This document shows, piece by piece, positions 9,668-20,571 of a DNA stretch of 64,000 nucleotides. A program made the position numbers and the translations under genes. The notes under the pieces are model-generated. The model had not been told where the DNA came from, did not search any database, and worked only from the letters and a program-made list of their open reading frames with translations. This stretch comes from Methanothrix sp. (lineage in GTDB: Archaea > Halobacteriota > Methanosarcinia > Methanotrichales > Methanotrichaceae): positions 2,912,001 through 2,976,000 of the forward strand of contig OY821645.1 in assembly GCA_963682135.1 (NCBI GenBank), given 5' to 3'. Positions within the stretch are counted from its first letter, which is position 1; each line of letters opens with the position of its first letter.

Positions 9668-11818
9668 TTGAGATGGGCGAAGATTAGAAGTAGCGGCGGT
9701 GCCCATCTGTATTTGTATCCACTTGAATTCATCTGGAAAACCAAAAAGGAGGAGAATTCGCCATTGCAGAGCAAAAAAGACCATCTCAATAGGGAAAATG
9801 AAAAGGCACTGATCGTGTACGAGAAGATGCTGGCCTTCGAGATGGACCAGGTGCAGCGCGCCAATATACAAAAAAGGATAGGCGATAATTACCTGGAGAT
9901 TATCAGGCAAAAAAATGATTTTTCAAGTTGCGAGCGCGCCATTGCCGCCTATGAAGAAGCTCTGCTCGTATTTATGCCAGAGATCCATCCACTTCCTCGT
10001 GCCAGAGTCATGAGTGGCCTGGGCTTTGCCTATGCGGCTCTTGCAGACTATGAAAATCGAGCTAAAAACCTCAAGCAGGCTACCCTCTGCTGGGAAGAAT
10101 CCCTGCACTTCTTTTCTCTGACTGCTGCTCCTAATGAACATGCCTCCCTTCAAAATGAGCTGGGAAGTGCCTATCGAAAGCTGGCGGAGCTGGAAAGCCG
10201 ACAGGAAAACGGCAAAAAGGCAGCAGAGGCCTGCAAAGCAGCGCTTCGCGTCTATAACCTGAAAGATAGCCCCCAGCAATTTGCAGCAGCCATGGCCAAC
10301 CTGGGCAGCAGCTATCTGACCCTGGCCCAGTCTGCAAGTGCAGCTGATCATGCAAAAAGCTGCCAGGAAGCCGTTTCAGCTTACCGGGAAGCCATCCAGG
10401 TCTATTCCCTGGAGCGAAGCCCCATGCAGTACGCAGCCATGAAGAACAATCTGGCCATAGCTTATCTCTCTCTCTCCGAGGCCGAAGATAAAGCAGGAAA
10501 CTGCCGTCTGGCTCTTGCTGCTTGCAAGGAGGCGCTGATCTACAGAACCGAGACGGAGCATCCACTGGCCTACGCCGCTACGCAGAACAATCTGGGAAAT
10601 GCATACCTCGCCTTAGCCGAAGAAGATGAAGCAGTGAACGAGGGGTGGAAAGCGAAAAGGAAAGAGGAAGAAGAAGAGGGCAAGCATGGCTGCCTGGAAT
10701 ACTGCCGGCTTGCACAGGCGGCTTACAGCAATGCTCTGCGAATCTATTCTCCAGAAGAGTACCCCAGGCTTTATGCAACGGCTCAAAATAACCTCGCCAA
10801 TGTCCATCTCACCATGAGCCAGAAGGTGGACAAAACCGGCAATTGCATGAAGGCCATCCTGGCGGCTCAAAAGGCTCTGGAGGTTTTTTCCCTGGAAGAC
10901 TCTCCTGAGGATTACGGCGAAGCCAAAGGCAGCCTCTGGCTGGCCTATCTAACCTTGGCTGATATCGAGTATCGGGCTGAGAACTGTGCTCTTGCCCTGC
11001 AGGCCTGTGAGGAGAGGCTGCATTCTTACAGGGTTTGGGCGGCTCATCCGCTACAGATTGCTTCCTGCTGCAAGGATCTGGCCATGACGGCTATAGTCCT
11101 GGCGGATAATGAAATCTCGATCCAGGCCAAAGTGGAAGACTGCAAGAAGGCCATATCTGCCGGCAACGAAGCTCTGCAGATCTATGATGTGTCCAGACAC
11201 GCAGAGGAGTATGCAGAGGCGCAGATCTTGCTTTGGGCGGCTTATTCGGCTCTGGCCGAGGTTCAGGATCGCGAGGAGAACTGCCGGCGGGCAATAGAGG
11301 CCTGCCAGGATGCCATCGTAATCTATGAGAGGACAAGTCCGGCTGAGCACGCCGATGCTCTGAAGAATCTGGGCTACAGCTTCATCACAATGGCTGAGAT
11401 GGAGAACAAAGCGGACAACTGCCAGAGAGCAATCGATGCCTGCGAGCAGGCCATGCAATATTACACACTGGAGACGGCACCTTTGGACCATGCCGATATT
11501 CTCAGGGATCTGGCCTTTGATTATGTGACTTTGTCTGAGATGAGGGATAAAGAGGAGTGCAGCAAGAAGGCGCTCAAGGCTTACGAGAATGCCTTTAAAA
11601 TCTATCGGACCAGGTCGGAGGAGCTGGAGATGGCGGGAGAGTCGGGCGCTTCTGAGATGAGAGAGATGGCGGAAAGATGCCACCTTTCCATGCAGTCCTG
11701 CAAGGCCATCTTGAAGGCAGGGCGAAAGGCCGGAGCGGCGGCAGTGGCAGCTCCGCTACAGAAGAAGAAGTTGAAGAAGAAGGAGAAGGAGAAGACGGAG
11801 GCGAGGAAGGGAGCATGA
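9668..11818 (+). CDS. Tetratricopeptide-repeat protein (start uncertain)
   Basis: Repeated YAATQNNLGNAYL...A..AY.EAL units. Confidence 0.8.
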   Translation: MRWAKIRSSGGAHLYLYPLEFIWKTKKEENSPLQSKKDHLNRENEKALIVYEKMLAFEMDQVQRANIQKRIGDNYLEIIRQKNDFSSCERAIAAYEEALLVFMPEIHPLPRARVMSGLGFAYAALADYENRAKNLKQATLCWEESLHFFSLTAAPNEHASLQNELGSAYRKLAELESRQENGKKAAEACKAALRVYNLKDSPQQFAAAMANLGSSYLTLAQSASAADHAKSCQEAVSAYREAIQVYSLERSPMQYAAMKNNLAIAYLSLSEAEDKAGNCRLALAACKEALIYRTETEHPLAYAATQNNLGNAYLALAEEDEAVNEGWKAKRKEEEEEGKHGCLEYCRLAQAAYSNALRIYSPEEYPRLYATAQNNLANVHLTMSQKVDKTGNCMKAILAAQKALEVFSLEDSPEDYGEAKGSLWLAYLTLADIEYRAENCALALQACEERLHSYRVWAAHPLQIASCCKDLAMTAIVLADNEISIQAKVEDCKKAISAGNEALQIYDVSRHAEEYAEAQILLWAAYSALAEVQDREENCRRAIEACQDAIVIYERTSPAEHADALKNLGYSFITMAEMENKADNCQRAIDACEQAMQYYTLETAPLDHADILRDLAFDYVTLSEMRDKEECSKKALKAYENAFKIYRTRSEELEMAGESGASEMREMAERCHLSMQSCKAILKAGRKAGAAAVAAPLQKKKLKKKEKEKTEARKGA

Positions 11819-12360
11819 GCGGCTTGACGGACGAGCAGAAGACGGAGTACTTCCGGCGATCCTACACGGCAGTGGATGGGCTGTGGTTCATGAAGATCGA
11901 GGAGAAGCTGGGATTCGAGGAAGCCTTGCGGCTGGACGAGGCCGTCTGGAAGGTTCTGCCCAAGATTCAGGCCCGCACCCTTAAGGGCATGATGCATCTG
12001 CATGGCGGCCTGCCGGGGCTCTGGCAGGCGCTCTCTGTCCGCCTGACCCTGGAGGGCTTTGAGTTTGAGATAGAGCCGCGGGAGGATGGCTTTGTCGTGA
12101 TCGTCAAGAGGTGCCCCTGGCATGATATGATGATAAAGTCGGGGCGCGGGGAGTTATCGGAGCGGGTAAGCGATCTGATCTGCCGGGTGGAAAACTCAGT
12201 CTGGGCGAGCGAGTTTTCCGGGGAAAATGGCAAACCGGATGAGGGAGAGATTCGATATGACGAAGGCCGGGAGGGCAAGGGCCAAGGCCAGGAGATCGAC
12301 TTTCTGAGGGAGGAGAGGATTTGCCGGGGAGAAGGAAGATGCATGCTGAGATTTACCTGA
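11815..12360 (+). CDS. DUF6125-like (V4R/sensor-like) protein
   Basis: SYTAVDGLWF, CPWH, IC...ERICRGEGRC; ATG overlaps the TPR stop. Confidence 0.6.
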   Translation: MSGLTDEQKTEYFRRSYTAVDGLWFMKIEEKLGFEEALRLDEAVWKVLPKIQARTLKGMMHLHGGLPGLWQALSVRLTLEGFEFEIEPREDGFVVIVKRCPWHDMMIKSGRGELSERVSDLICRVENSVWASEFSGENGKPDEGEIRYDEGREGKGQGQEIDFLREERICRGEGRCMLRFT

Positions 12361-12449
12361 TTTAGGCAAATGAAGATGCGATCATAATACAAAATAAAAT
12401 GCCCGCTTTTGCAGCGGGCTGAGAAATTCGACTCATGCCGAAACAAAGG

Positions 12450-13802
12450 TCATCCTTTAATCGCTTTAACCCTCTTAAATATCTGCTCCATGGTATCCGC
12501 ATTGCTCGCTGTAAAGCTGAAGGGCGATTTTGTGAATGGCTGGAAATAGATGGGAACATCGTCCAAACGGTAGAAGGTTCCATCACACTCCATGGCATCG
12601 ATCACACCCGGCAATACCACATCTGATATCATAGTAGTCGGACATGGAGAAATATCGATACAGGCCACCGGGATCTCGGCTAAATACTCAGCACAGGCAG
12701 CCGGAAAGTGCGAGACCGGATCGGCAGAGACAATTAATGCAGCATCTACATCTCTCTCTCTGAGCAGGTCCACCGATGTGTACTCACCCGGGTTATAGCG
12801 CGGATATCCGCGGGAGAAATCCAGGCCGAAAGGAAAACCGTAGAGATAAGAGGCAACCTGGTTGAAGCCGGCCACATTGCAGTGCCCCCTCAGGGCTCCG
12901 ATTACGAATTTGGTGTGGGCATTCAGCTCTTTAACCAGATTGAATGCCGCCTGAGCATTGCGGTGCTTGCCATAAGATGATGCAATCCCCAGGCCCACAT
13001 AAATGGACCCGAATTTGCACTTCTTCATCAGATCGAGCATCTCTTCCATCTGGGCGATGGAGACGCCGGTTACCTCTTCAACCGAGGCGTGCGGCCTCTT
13101 GCCATGCAGAAGCGTTAAGAGTGCAGATAGAAGCTCATGGTCGGTGTTGGGTCGAAGCTGGATATGCAGATCCGAATTCTCAGCAGTTACGCTCCTTCTC
13201 GGATCAACGGTGATAACGGTGCGATCAAACCTTCCCCGCCGTGTCCAATAGCCCCGCGGATAGACTGCATAGCGGGACATGTGCCTGGGCATGGACTCCA
13301 GGGGATTGGAGCCCCAATAGACAGCCAGGTCGGATCGTGATTTGCTCTGTCCGGCAGTAGCCCCCACGCGCCCCGCTTCCTGAATGCCCATAGCAGTGGG
13401 CCCGTGGCAGACGGTGGCATTGGAATCAACCACCGCACCCAGGAACTCGCCTAAATGAAGCCCCACCTCCATGGCCTCACAGGAGGTCTCGCTTCCCATA
13501 AAGAGCAGAGGGCGCTTGGCTCTTGCCAGAATCTCTGCCGTCCTCTCTATGGCTTCCTCCCATTGAGCAGTCCTGACGGTATCCTTCTCTCGCAAGGTAG
13601 GCAGACGGATTCTGTGGCTGCTTACAATCTCCTGGAACTTGGCATTGCCCATCTTGCAGGCATTCTTAACGGTAATACCCTCGCCGGAAAGCTCCACCTG
13701 AATATCGTCACAGGATCCCCCGCAGACCGGGCAGACAATGTTCTTTGATCTCTCTGATGCCTCAGGTACCTCTGATATCTCTGACGCCATCGTTATCTTC
13801 AC
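12450..13802 (-). CDS. fwdB: Formylmethanofuran dehydrogenase subunit B
   Basis: CPVCGGSCDD, ATVCHGPT, LRGHCNVAGF. Confidence 0.92.
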   Translation of the reverse strand: MKITMASEISEVPEASERSKNIVCPVCGGSCDDIQVELSGEGITVKNACKMGNAKFQEIVSSHRIRLPTLREKDTVRTAQWEEAIERTAEILARAKRPLLFMGSETSCEAMEVGLHLGEFLGAVVDSNATVCHGPTAMGIQEAGRVGATAGQSKSRSDLAVYWGSNPLESMPRHMSRYAVYPRGYWTRRGRFDRTVITVDPRRSVTAENSDLHIQLRPNTDHELLSALLTLLHGKRPHASVEEVTGVSIAQMEEMLDLMKKCKFGSIYVGLGIASSYGKHRNAQAAFNLVKELNAHTKFVIGALRGHCNVAGFNQVASYLYGFPFGLDFSRGYPRYNPGEYTSVDLLRERDVDAALIVSADPVSHFPAACAEYLAEIPVACIDISPCPTTMISDVVLPGVIDAMECDGTFYRLDDVPIYFQPFTKSPFSFTASNADTMEQIFKRVKAIKG

Positions 13803-14191
13803 CTGCCCCTTGCATACAGCTTCATTGTCAAGTCTATTGCATCCAATACATCATCCAATGTGGGCTGCACCCTCACGGGAGAGCCTTTGTAGAGTGGCGA
13901 GCCGGTGGAGAATGTTTCCGGGTCCACCACCACATTGGCCCAAATCGCCCTGGGCATGAAGATCTGGCCCGGCTCCACAGAGTCTGCAGCGTAGGCATAA
14001 ACCGCCACGGTGCGCCGGCCATCCATGGTGGATATCAATACCCTTTGCGGAGTGCCCATGGCCTGAAAATCCCGGGGATTCATCTCGCAAACGGCGCATT
14101 CCTGGGTGTACTCCTCGGTGAGCTTGCTTCCCCCTTTGGCCAGCCTGCCCTCCTCAATGGTGCTTCCCGTATTAAGCAGAAATTCTATCAT
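13799..14191 (-). CDS. fwdD: Formylmethanofuran dehydrogenase subunit D
   Basis: LNTGSTIEEG...IFMPRAIWAN...TGSPLYKG; start at MIEFLL preferred. Confidence 0.88.
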   Translation of the reverse strand: MIEFLLNTGSTIEEGRLAKGGSKLTEEYTQECAVCEMNPRDFQAMGTPQRVLISTMDGRRTVAVYAYAADSVEPGQIFMPRAIWANVVVDPETFSTGSPLYKGSPVRVQPTLDDVLDAIDLTMKLYARGR

Positions 14192-14242
14192 ACTGTCTGC
14201 CACTCCTGAAAAATCAGCGAAATTGAGCATTGCCTGCATCCT

Positions 14243-15052
14243 CTAGCCCTCCTTGCAATAAAGAGAGCCTTTGGGATTCTTGCCCAGAGAATAGTCGCCG
14301 GTGAACCTGGCATACCATCCATCAATCCGGATGTCTCCCAGCACCACATTCTCTTCCCGGCCAATCTCTACAAAACCAGGGGATGGCTGCTTGATAGCAC
14401 CGCATACGGCAATAGTGCCTCCATTCATCTCCGCACCCACGCCGCGCACAGCCGAGCCCTTCACCAGGATGAGACCCCCGTTCTGCCGAATGCCGCAAAA
14501 GTTCTCCACATTGCCGGCTACTATTATCCGCCCGCCTACCAATCCTCCGCCCAGCTGGCTCCTGGCGTTGCCGTCTATCAAAATCTCGCCGCCGGTCATT
14601 CCCCGCCAGCTCCCCCGGTAGCTAGAGCCTATATGATCCGCTCCATTTCCCTGAATGTGAATCTGTCCGCCTTTCATCTCCATGCCCGTCCAGGACCCGG
14701 CATCGCCCTGCACCAGGATACTGCCTCCCGTCATCTCACAGCCCAAGTGCATGCCAGCTGAACCGTGGATTTCTATCCTGCCTGCCTTCATGCCCTGGCC
14801 GATGCGCTTGACCCGGGAGACATCCCCTTCGATGATGATGCTGGTCTCTTCGGGCTTTGCCTCCTCAGGAAGCCTCGCTTGGCTCACATCCACCTCGAAG
14901 AATTCGGCTAAAGGAAGCTGCATAGCTCCCTGCCAGACAATCAGCCCCTCAATCTCTTCCTTCTTTTTTTCTGCAAAAATATCGGGCCTGATAACCTCTG
15001 CCTCGACCGTGATTCCTATGCAGCCCTTGGATCTTAGAAGAATTTCTGCCAT
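14243..15052 (-). CDS. fwdC: Formylmethanofuran dehydrogenase subunit C
   Basis: GxxMxGG beta-helix repeats, GSSYRGSWRGMTGG. Confidence 0.92.
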   Translation of the reverse strand: MAEILLRSKGCIGITVEAEVIRPDIFAEKKKEEIEGLIVWQGAMQLPLAEFFEVDVSQARLPEEAKPEETSIIIEGDVSRVKRIGQGMKAGRIEIHGSAGMHLGCEMTGGSILVQGDAGSWTGMEMKGGQIHIQGNGADHIGSSYRGSWRGMTGGEILIDGNARSQLGGGLVGGRIIVAGNVENFCGIRQNGGLILVKGSAVRGVGAEMNGGTIAVCGAIKQPSPGFVEIGREENVVLGDIRIDGWYARFTGDYSLGKNPKGSLYCKEG

Positions 15053-15056
15053 ACCT

Positions 15057-16844
15057 TTACCTCCTCACTAGGGCCATAGCCTCTTGGGGCTTGTTGACCG
15101 GGATGGCAACAGGATTTTTCAGATACTTATCCGGCACAGGATAGTTGGCATAGCCTACTGTGTAGTACTTGAACCAGTCCTTGAGATCGCAGTGCATCTC
15201 CTTTTCCAGGGTTTCGTCAACATAAGGCCGGCAGTAGTACCTCCTGCCATCCGGCACAGCCACGATCTCACCCTGCCTGGCCACTATTTGGCCGTCCTTG
15301 ATAGTGTAATCGGGCCGGGCCAGCTTGGCTGTCAATGCTGCCGTCTCGCTTAAGTTCAGCTTCTCGGGATTGATGTCGTAGACGGTAACATCTCCGTCTG
15401 CACCCACCCCCAGGTGGCCTTTCCGGTAGGCCATGCCGATGGTGCGGGCAGGGTTGGCGCGGGTGACTACGGCTATCTCGTAAAGGCTCATCTCCCGGTC
15501 CACCCCGCCAAGACTTGATTTGTCGTAAGCCCATTTGTGACATTCTTTGGCTGTGTCGTCCCTGGCTTTTTTGGACATGAGCCAGGTGATCAGTTGCGGA
15601 TAGGAGGTGAAGATGCCGCCGTTGGGATGATCGGTGGTCATAATGGTCTTCCAGGGATCGTCAATAAGCAGCATAACCTCAAGGCCAATAGCCCACTGCA
15701 CGCTGTGCACCGGACTGCTCTTCAAATAAACCAGCGAGAGCACCCCTGAGCCGCATTCCATTTCAACATCGCAGTTGGACCATTTCTGGCCGGTGAGCAT
15801 GTAGAGATCATGCTGGGCCGGGCCGTCGCCGGTCATTGTTGTGGCCGGGCCGAAGGGAACACTTCCGCTGTCGATCACTACACCATCGACCTGGTTTATG
15901 TATTTGGCCAGCTGTGGTGCGCCGGAGCAAAAGTCTCTCCATGATGTGCCGCCGTAGGCGCTGAACTGGGCGTGGGCCAGGTAGACGGTCTGCCTTCTTC
16001 TGGCGCTCTCTTTTGTCTCTGCCCACTCCAGCTCCGATCTGTTCTTGGGGTCCAGTCCGGAGGTGATCATCAGCGAGTCCCTGGCAATCTCCCAGTTGCC
16101 GGGGTGGCCCAGGTTATTGGCATGCAGATGCAAAGACATAGGCAGGCCCAGCATCTCATTGACCTCAGCCAGTCCCCGGATGAGCTCTCTGGGCGTCACC
16201 TCAAAATGAATATTGGGCTCGTCCAGGCCGTGCACATTTTTGGCCCAGCCCCAGTTCTCGACGCCCGCAGGATTAACGCATTTGATGCCGTAGGCCTTGT
16301 GGGTCCTCATCATCCAGGCCACATAAGCGGCTGCCTTCTCCAGATCTCCTTCCTTGAGATAGCGCATGATAAACCAGTTGTTGCCCAAAACCATGTAGGC
16401 ACCCATATCCAGAATGGGAGTGGAGCGCATCTCCTCGTGGGTGTGGCGGGCCTCCAGAGGTGGCATGGCTGCTTCAAAGACTGTGGTGTAGCCCATAGCA
16501 GCGTAATCGTAACCCTGCTTGTAAACGGATGGAACGGTGTAGCCGCTGCCGCAGTGGGTTATCTGGGTCTTTCCCCTCGTTGATTTATAGTGATCCTCGG
16601 GGCGCATGAGACGGCCGGCATTGACCTTGGCTCCGGCTACATGCGAATGGGAGTCCACGCCACCGGGCATGACCGTCTTTCCCGTGGCGTCTATGATGGT
16701 GGCATCTCTCTCTTGTGCGCTGCTGAGGCTGGAGACCACCTTTCCGTCCTTTACGAAAATATCAGTGACATCGCCGTTTATTCCATTAAGTGGATCGAAT
16801 AAGTAGCCGTTTCTGATGATCGTAATATTAGTAATAGCCGCCAT
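15057..16844 (-). CDS. fwdA: Formylmethanofuran dehydrogenase subunit A
   Basis: Amidohydrolase DSHSH, HLHANNLG, TTDHPNGG. Confidence 0.93.
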   Translation of the reverse strand: MAAITNITIIRNGYLFDPLNGINGDVTDIFVKDGKVVSSLSSAQERDATIIDATGKTVMPGGVDSHSHVAGAKVNAGRLMRPEDHYKSTRGKTQITHCGSGYTVPSVYKQGYDYAAMGYTTVFEAAMPPLEARHTHEEMRSTPILDMGAYMVLGNNWFIMRYLKEGDLEKAAAYVAWMMRTHKAYGIKCVNPAGVENWGWAKNVHGLDEPNIHFEVTPRELIRGLAEVNEMLGLPMSLHLHANNLGHPGNWEIARDSLMITSGLDPKNRSELEWAETKESARRRQTVYLAHAQFSAYGGTSWRDFCSGAPQLAKYINQVDGVVIDSGSVPFGPATTMTGDGPAQHDLYMLTGQKWSNCDVEMECGSGVLSLVYLKSSPVHSVQWAIGLEVMLLIDDPWKTIMTTDHPNGGIFTSYPQLITWLMSKKARDDTAKECHKWAYDKSSLGGVDREMSLYEIAVVTRANPARTIGMAYRKGHLGVGADGDVTVYDINPEKLNLSETAALTAKLARPDYTIKDGQIVARQGEIVAVPDGRRYYCRPYVDETLEKEMHCDLKDWFKYYTVGYANYPVPDKYLKNPVAIPVNKPQEAMALVRR

Positions 16845-16845
16845 T

Positions 16846-17874
16846 TTAAGCCACCTCCTTTCTCTCTAACCATATTGCCTGGACCGGGCAGATCATGCTG
16901 CAAGTGGCGCAGCTGCCGCAGACCTCCTGATCTACCACCCGGACAGTGCCGTTCAGGACTTCCAGCAGCGGTTTTTCGTCCAGCTCATTGAGGTGGCCGG
17001 CGGCCAGATAGGGATCAAAGAGGGCATTGACCGGACAGACGATGACGCAGTTCCCGCAGCCAAGACAGGCATCCACGTCTGTCTTGAGAATTGAGCTTAA
17101 AGTGGGTCTTTTCGCAGGGGCACTCAATTTCTTCTCCAGAGCCTTCTTTCCCTTCATATCCGGGACTATGGCACTCTTGGAAACGGTGATGGCTCTAACC
17201 GGGCAGGCCTCCTGGCATGCTCCGCAGTAGATGCAAGCATCCTTTCTGTGGGTCACCTTCTCCACCATCTCTGCGGCTTTCCCTTCTTTATTGAAGAGAG
17301 CATTTGCAGGACAGGTGTGAACACAGGTTCGGCAAGCCTGGCAGACGTTATCGTCCCGGAAGAACTGGCCGGCAAATGGCTTTTGGTATGTTATGGCTCC
17401 GACCGGGCAGACCTGAGCGCACCAGCCGCAGTGCACGCAACGGTTCAGGTCGATGATGGTCTTTCCTTCCATCCTCAGGCTGCCGTCTTCCGCCAGTTGG
17501 CGATCCGACACTTCTATGCAGGACTGCGGGCAGACATCAACGCACAGGCCGCAGTGCACGCATTTATCGTTTACAGCCGTAGGCTCCAATGCCGCGCTGA
17601 GATAGGACTCATCCTTTTCGGCCTTGCCTGATGTGCGTAGTTCCAGAGCCCCGGTGGGGCAGACGCGAGCGCACAGAGCGCATAAGACACAGGCCCCGCT
17701 CCTTTTCTTCTCGATGAAATCTTTATCAATCAGACCGCGGGCCACAGCACCCACCGAGCCGATGACCAGTTCCCCCTTGGGGCAGATCTGGACGCAGGTT
17801 CCACAGCCGATGCACTTTTCCGGCAGATAGACATGCTGCCTATCATCTCGGGATTCCAGCAATACCTCTCTCAT
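16846..17874 (-). CDS. fwdF: Polyferredoxin subunit F
   Basis: Eight CxxCxxCxxxCP motifs; first gene of the operon. Confidence 0.85.
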   Translation of the reverse strand: MREVLLESRDDRQHVYLPEKCIGCGTCVQICPKGELVIGSVGAVARGLIDKDFIEKKRSGACVLCALCARVCPTGALELRTSGKAEKDESYLSAALEPTAVNDKCVHCGLCVDVCPQSCIEVSDRQLAEDGSLRMEGKTIIDLNRCVHCGWCAQVCPVGAITYQKPFAGQFFRDDNVCQACRTCVHTCPANALFNKEGKAAEMVEKVTHRKDACIYCGACQEACPVRAITVSKSAIVPDMKGKKALEKKLSAPAKRPTLSSILKTDVDACLGCGNCVIVCPVNALFDPYLAAGHLNELDEKPLLEVLNGTVRVVDQEVCGSCATCSMICPVQAIWLERKEVA

Positions 17875-18040
17875 CCGATACCCTGCCTCGATTAGTATGG
17901 GTGGAGAAGACATAAAGAGGTTTTGCATGGATGCTCATGAAATAATGCATAGTTAGCATTTATGTTTATATCATAACTTAGATGATCGAGGAAGAAGAGC
18001 TGATAGAACCTATTTAAGCCAGCAGATATTATCCATTCTC

Positions 18041-18910
18041 ATGTTCTTACTTGGGGAATACTATGAGGATGAGGCCAGGGATATCGTCGATCGGCTTAAA
18101 AAAGTGGGAATGAAGGTGGATATCAGAACCTTCACAGCCGGCGAAATGGAAATCTCCCATCATCTGGAAGGCCGCATGAGTGTGCTCAAAGGGAAACTAA
18201 AGGAAGCTGATTATGCAAGGAACGAGCGATACCTAGATGCCCTGCGAAAGGTTCTGGCGGCGGGAGCCGGACCCGAAGATTTCGGCGAAAAATTTACTCT
18301 GGAGCTTGACCCGCAGATAAACGAGAAGAGAGCCCAGTTCGCTGAGATTTTGAAAGCTGATCTGCCTGAGGAAGAGAGAGAAGCGAAAATGAAGGCCTTT
18401 GCAGGTATAAAGGCTGATCTGCTGGATGTGTACCATGCCGAGGCCTTCATCGACACAGTTCTGGACCGAAATGATATCGGGATCGGAGAATATGTAGGCA
18501 GCAAACTGGACGATCCTATTCTGCGCGTCATTGATGAGAGGGAGGATCTGGAGGAAGAAAGTGATCTGGCCAGGACGACCACGGTCTTCACGGTTGAGCC
18601 GAGGGCCCAGGTCTTTATCGATGAATTTTATGCGGTTCTGGCGGAAGAGCTGGACGAGGAGTTTGAAGATGAATATGAACGGGAGTATCTGTCTCTTGTC
18701 TTTTTAGGAAAACTGATCTCCGACATTAAAGAGCCGTCACAGGGAAAGGTGGATATGGAAGCTTTCCGGGAGAGATGCCGATTTGATATGGAAAAGAAAG
18801 GAGATCTGCTGGAGATAGATGGCAGCGGCGCAGCTCTAGAGCTGGCCAGGTCGCTCGAGAAAAACGGGATAATAAAGGTCAAGGGCGATAGCGTCAAGTG
18901 GAAACGGTAA
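18041..18910 (+). CDS. Acidic hypothetical protein
   Basis: 289-aa ORF preceded by TATA-like CTATTTAAG. Confidence 0.7.
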   Translation: MFLLGEYYEDEARDIVDRLKKVGMKVDIRTFTAGEMEISHHLEGRMSVLKGKLKEADYARNERYLDALRKVLAAGAGPEDFGEKFTLELDPQINEKRAQFAEILKADLPEEEREAKMKAFAGIKADLLDVYHAEAFIDTVLDRNDIGIGEYVGSKLDDPILRVIDEREDLEEESDLARTTTVFTVEPRAQVFIDEFYAVLAEELDEEFEDEYEREYLSLVFLGKLISDIKEPSQGKVDMEAFRERCRFDMEKKGDLLEIDGSGAALELARSLEKNGIIKVKGDSVKWKR

Positions 18911-19002
18911 GGAGAGATATGGCAACTCATCTGATCGGCTCGATTCAAAAACTATTTCGTGGAAAATGCTAATTAGCCAGAGACGGATAAAGGAGGTGTA
19001 TC

Positions 19003-20571
19003 ATGGCTAGAGGAAAAGGCAATAATTCGGCGAACAGCAAAGGTGCGGATTTAGGTTTTGAAGCCATTCTATGGGCGGCTGCCGATAGGCTGCGAAACAA
19101 TATGGATGCAGCGGAGTACAAGCACGTCGTTCTTGGGCTTATTTTCCTCAAGTACATCTCCGATGCCTTCCAAGAAAGGCATGATCAATTGATCAACGAA
19201 AAAGAGCAGGGAGCCGATCCAGAGGACCCGGATGAGTATCTTTCAGAAAACGTCTTCTGGGTGCCCAAGGAAGCCCGTTGGTCCTTTTTGAAAGCCAATG
19301 CCCGGCAGCCAAAGATAGGAAAAGCAGTAGATGATGCCATGATTGCCATCGAGAGAGATAACAAATCACTCAGAGGTGTCCTGCCCAAGGACTATGCCCG
19401 TCCTGCTCTGGATACTCATAGCATTGGTGATCTGATCGATCTCATCAGCGGGATTGAGATGATAGACAAGAAGGACCGATCAAAAGATGTTCTGGGCGAT
19501 GTCTATCAGTATTTTCTATCTCAGTTTGCATCTTCCGAAGGAAGAAAGGGTGGGCAGTTTTATACACCGCAATGCGTGGTTCAAATTTTGGTTGAGATGC
19601 TAGCGCCCTACAAAGGCCGTGTCTTTGATCCCTGCTGCGGCTCTGGGGGCATGTTTGTTCAGAGCAAAAAGTTCGTGAAGGCGCATGAAGGACGCAGGGA
19701 TGACATCAGCGTTTATGGGCAAGAGTCCAATCCCACGACCTGGAAGCTAGCCAAGATGAACCTGGCCATCCGGGGCATCGACGGAAATTTAGGCCCGGAG
19801 CACGCCGACAGCTTTCACAGGGATCTGCACAAAGATTTAAAGGCGGACTACATCCTGGCCAATCCGCCTTTCAACAGCAGTGACTGGGGTGGGGAACGCC
19901 TGCGCGAGGACGTGCGCTGGAAGTATGGCATCCCGCCGGCGGGCAATGCCAACTTCGCCTGGGTGCAGCATTTCATTTACCATTTAGCCCCTTCGGGCAT
20001 CGCGGGTTTCGTCCTGGCCAATGGCTCCATGTCCTCCAATCAGTCCGGCGAGGGCGAGATCCGCCGGGCCATCATTGAGGCTGATCTGGTAGACTGCATG
20101 GTGGCTCTGCCAGGCCAGCTATTCTACTCCACGCAGATTCCGGCCTGCCTGTGGTTCATAGCACGTGATAGGAAGAATGGAAGATTCAGGGACCGGCGGG
20201 GCCAGACGCTCTTTATCGACGCCCGGAAGATGGGAGTTTTGACCGATCGGGTGCATCGGGACCTGACACCGGAGGAGATCACAAGGATTGCCAGCGTCTA
20301 TCACGCCTGGCGGGGCGATGCAGGTGCTGGTCAGTACGAGGACGTGCCGGGATTTTGCAGGAGCGCAACGCTTGAGGAGATCAGGAAGAACGGCGGCTAC
20401 GTGCTCACGCCCGGTCGCTACGTTGGTGCAGAGGAAGTGGAGGCGGACGGCGAGCTGTTTGAAGAGAAGATGCAGCGACTGACTGCAAAGCTCGGCGAGC
20501 AGTTTCAGGAATCGGCGCGGCTGGAGACAGAGATTCGTGCTAATCTGAAGGGGCTGGGATATGATGTCTGA
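19003..20571 (+). CDS. hsdM: Type I R-M methyltransferase subunit
   Basis: [41 protein letters not shown]. Confidence 0.95.
   Translation: MARGKGNNSANSKGADLGFEAILWAAADRLRNNMDAAEYKHVVLGLIFLKYISDAFQERHDQLINEKEQGADPEDPDEYLSENVFWVPKEARWSFLKANARQPKIGKAVDDAMIAIERDNKSLRGVLPKDYARPALDTHSIGDLIDLISGIEMIDKKDRSKDVLGDVYQYFLSQFASSEGRKGGQFYTPQCVVQILVEMLAPYKGRVFDPCCGSGGMFVQSKKFVKAHEGRRDDISVYGQESNPTTWKLAKMNLAIRGIDGNLGPEHADSFHRDLHKDLKADYILANPPFNSSDWGGERLREDVRWKYGIPPAGNANFAWVQHFIYHLAPSGIAGFVLANGSMSSNQSGEGEIRRAIIEADLVDCMVALPGQLFYSTQIPACLWFIARDRKNGRFRDRRGQTLFIDARKMGVLTDRVHRDLTPEEITRIASVYHAWRGDAGAGQYEDVPGFCRSATLEEIRKNGGYVLTPGRYVGAEEVEADGELFEEKMQRLTAKLGEQFQESARLETEIRANLKGLGYDV

Noticed and set aside
12450-17874. 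fwd/fmd operon as a novelty
   Set aside because: Standard methanogen genes; Mo versus W specificity cannot be read from the sequence here.
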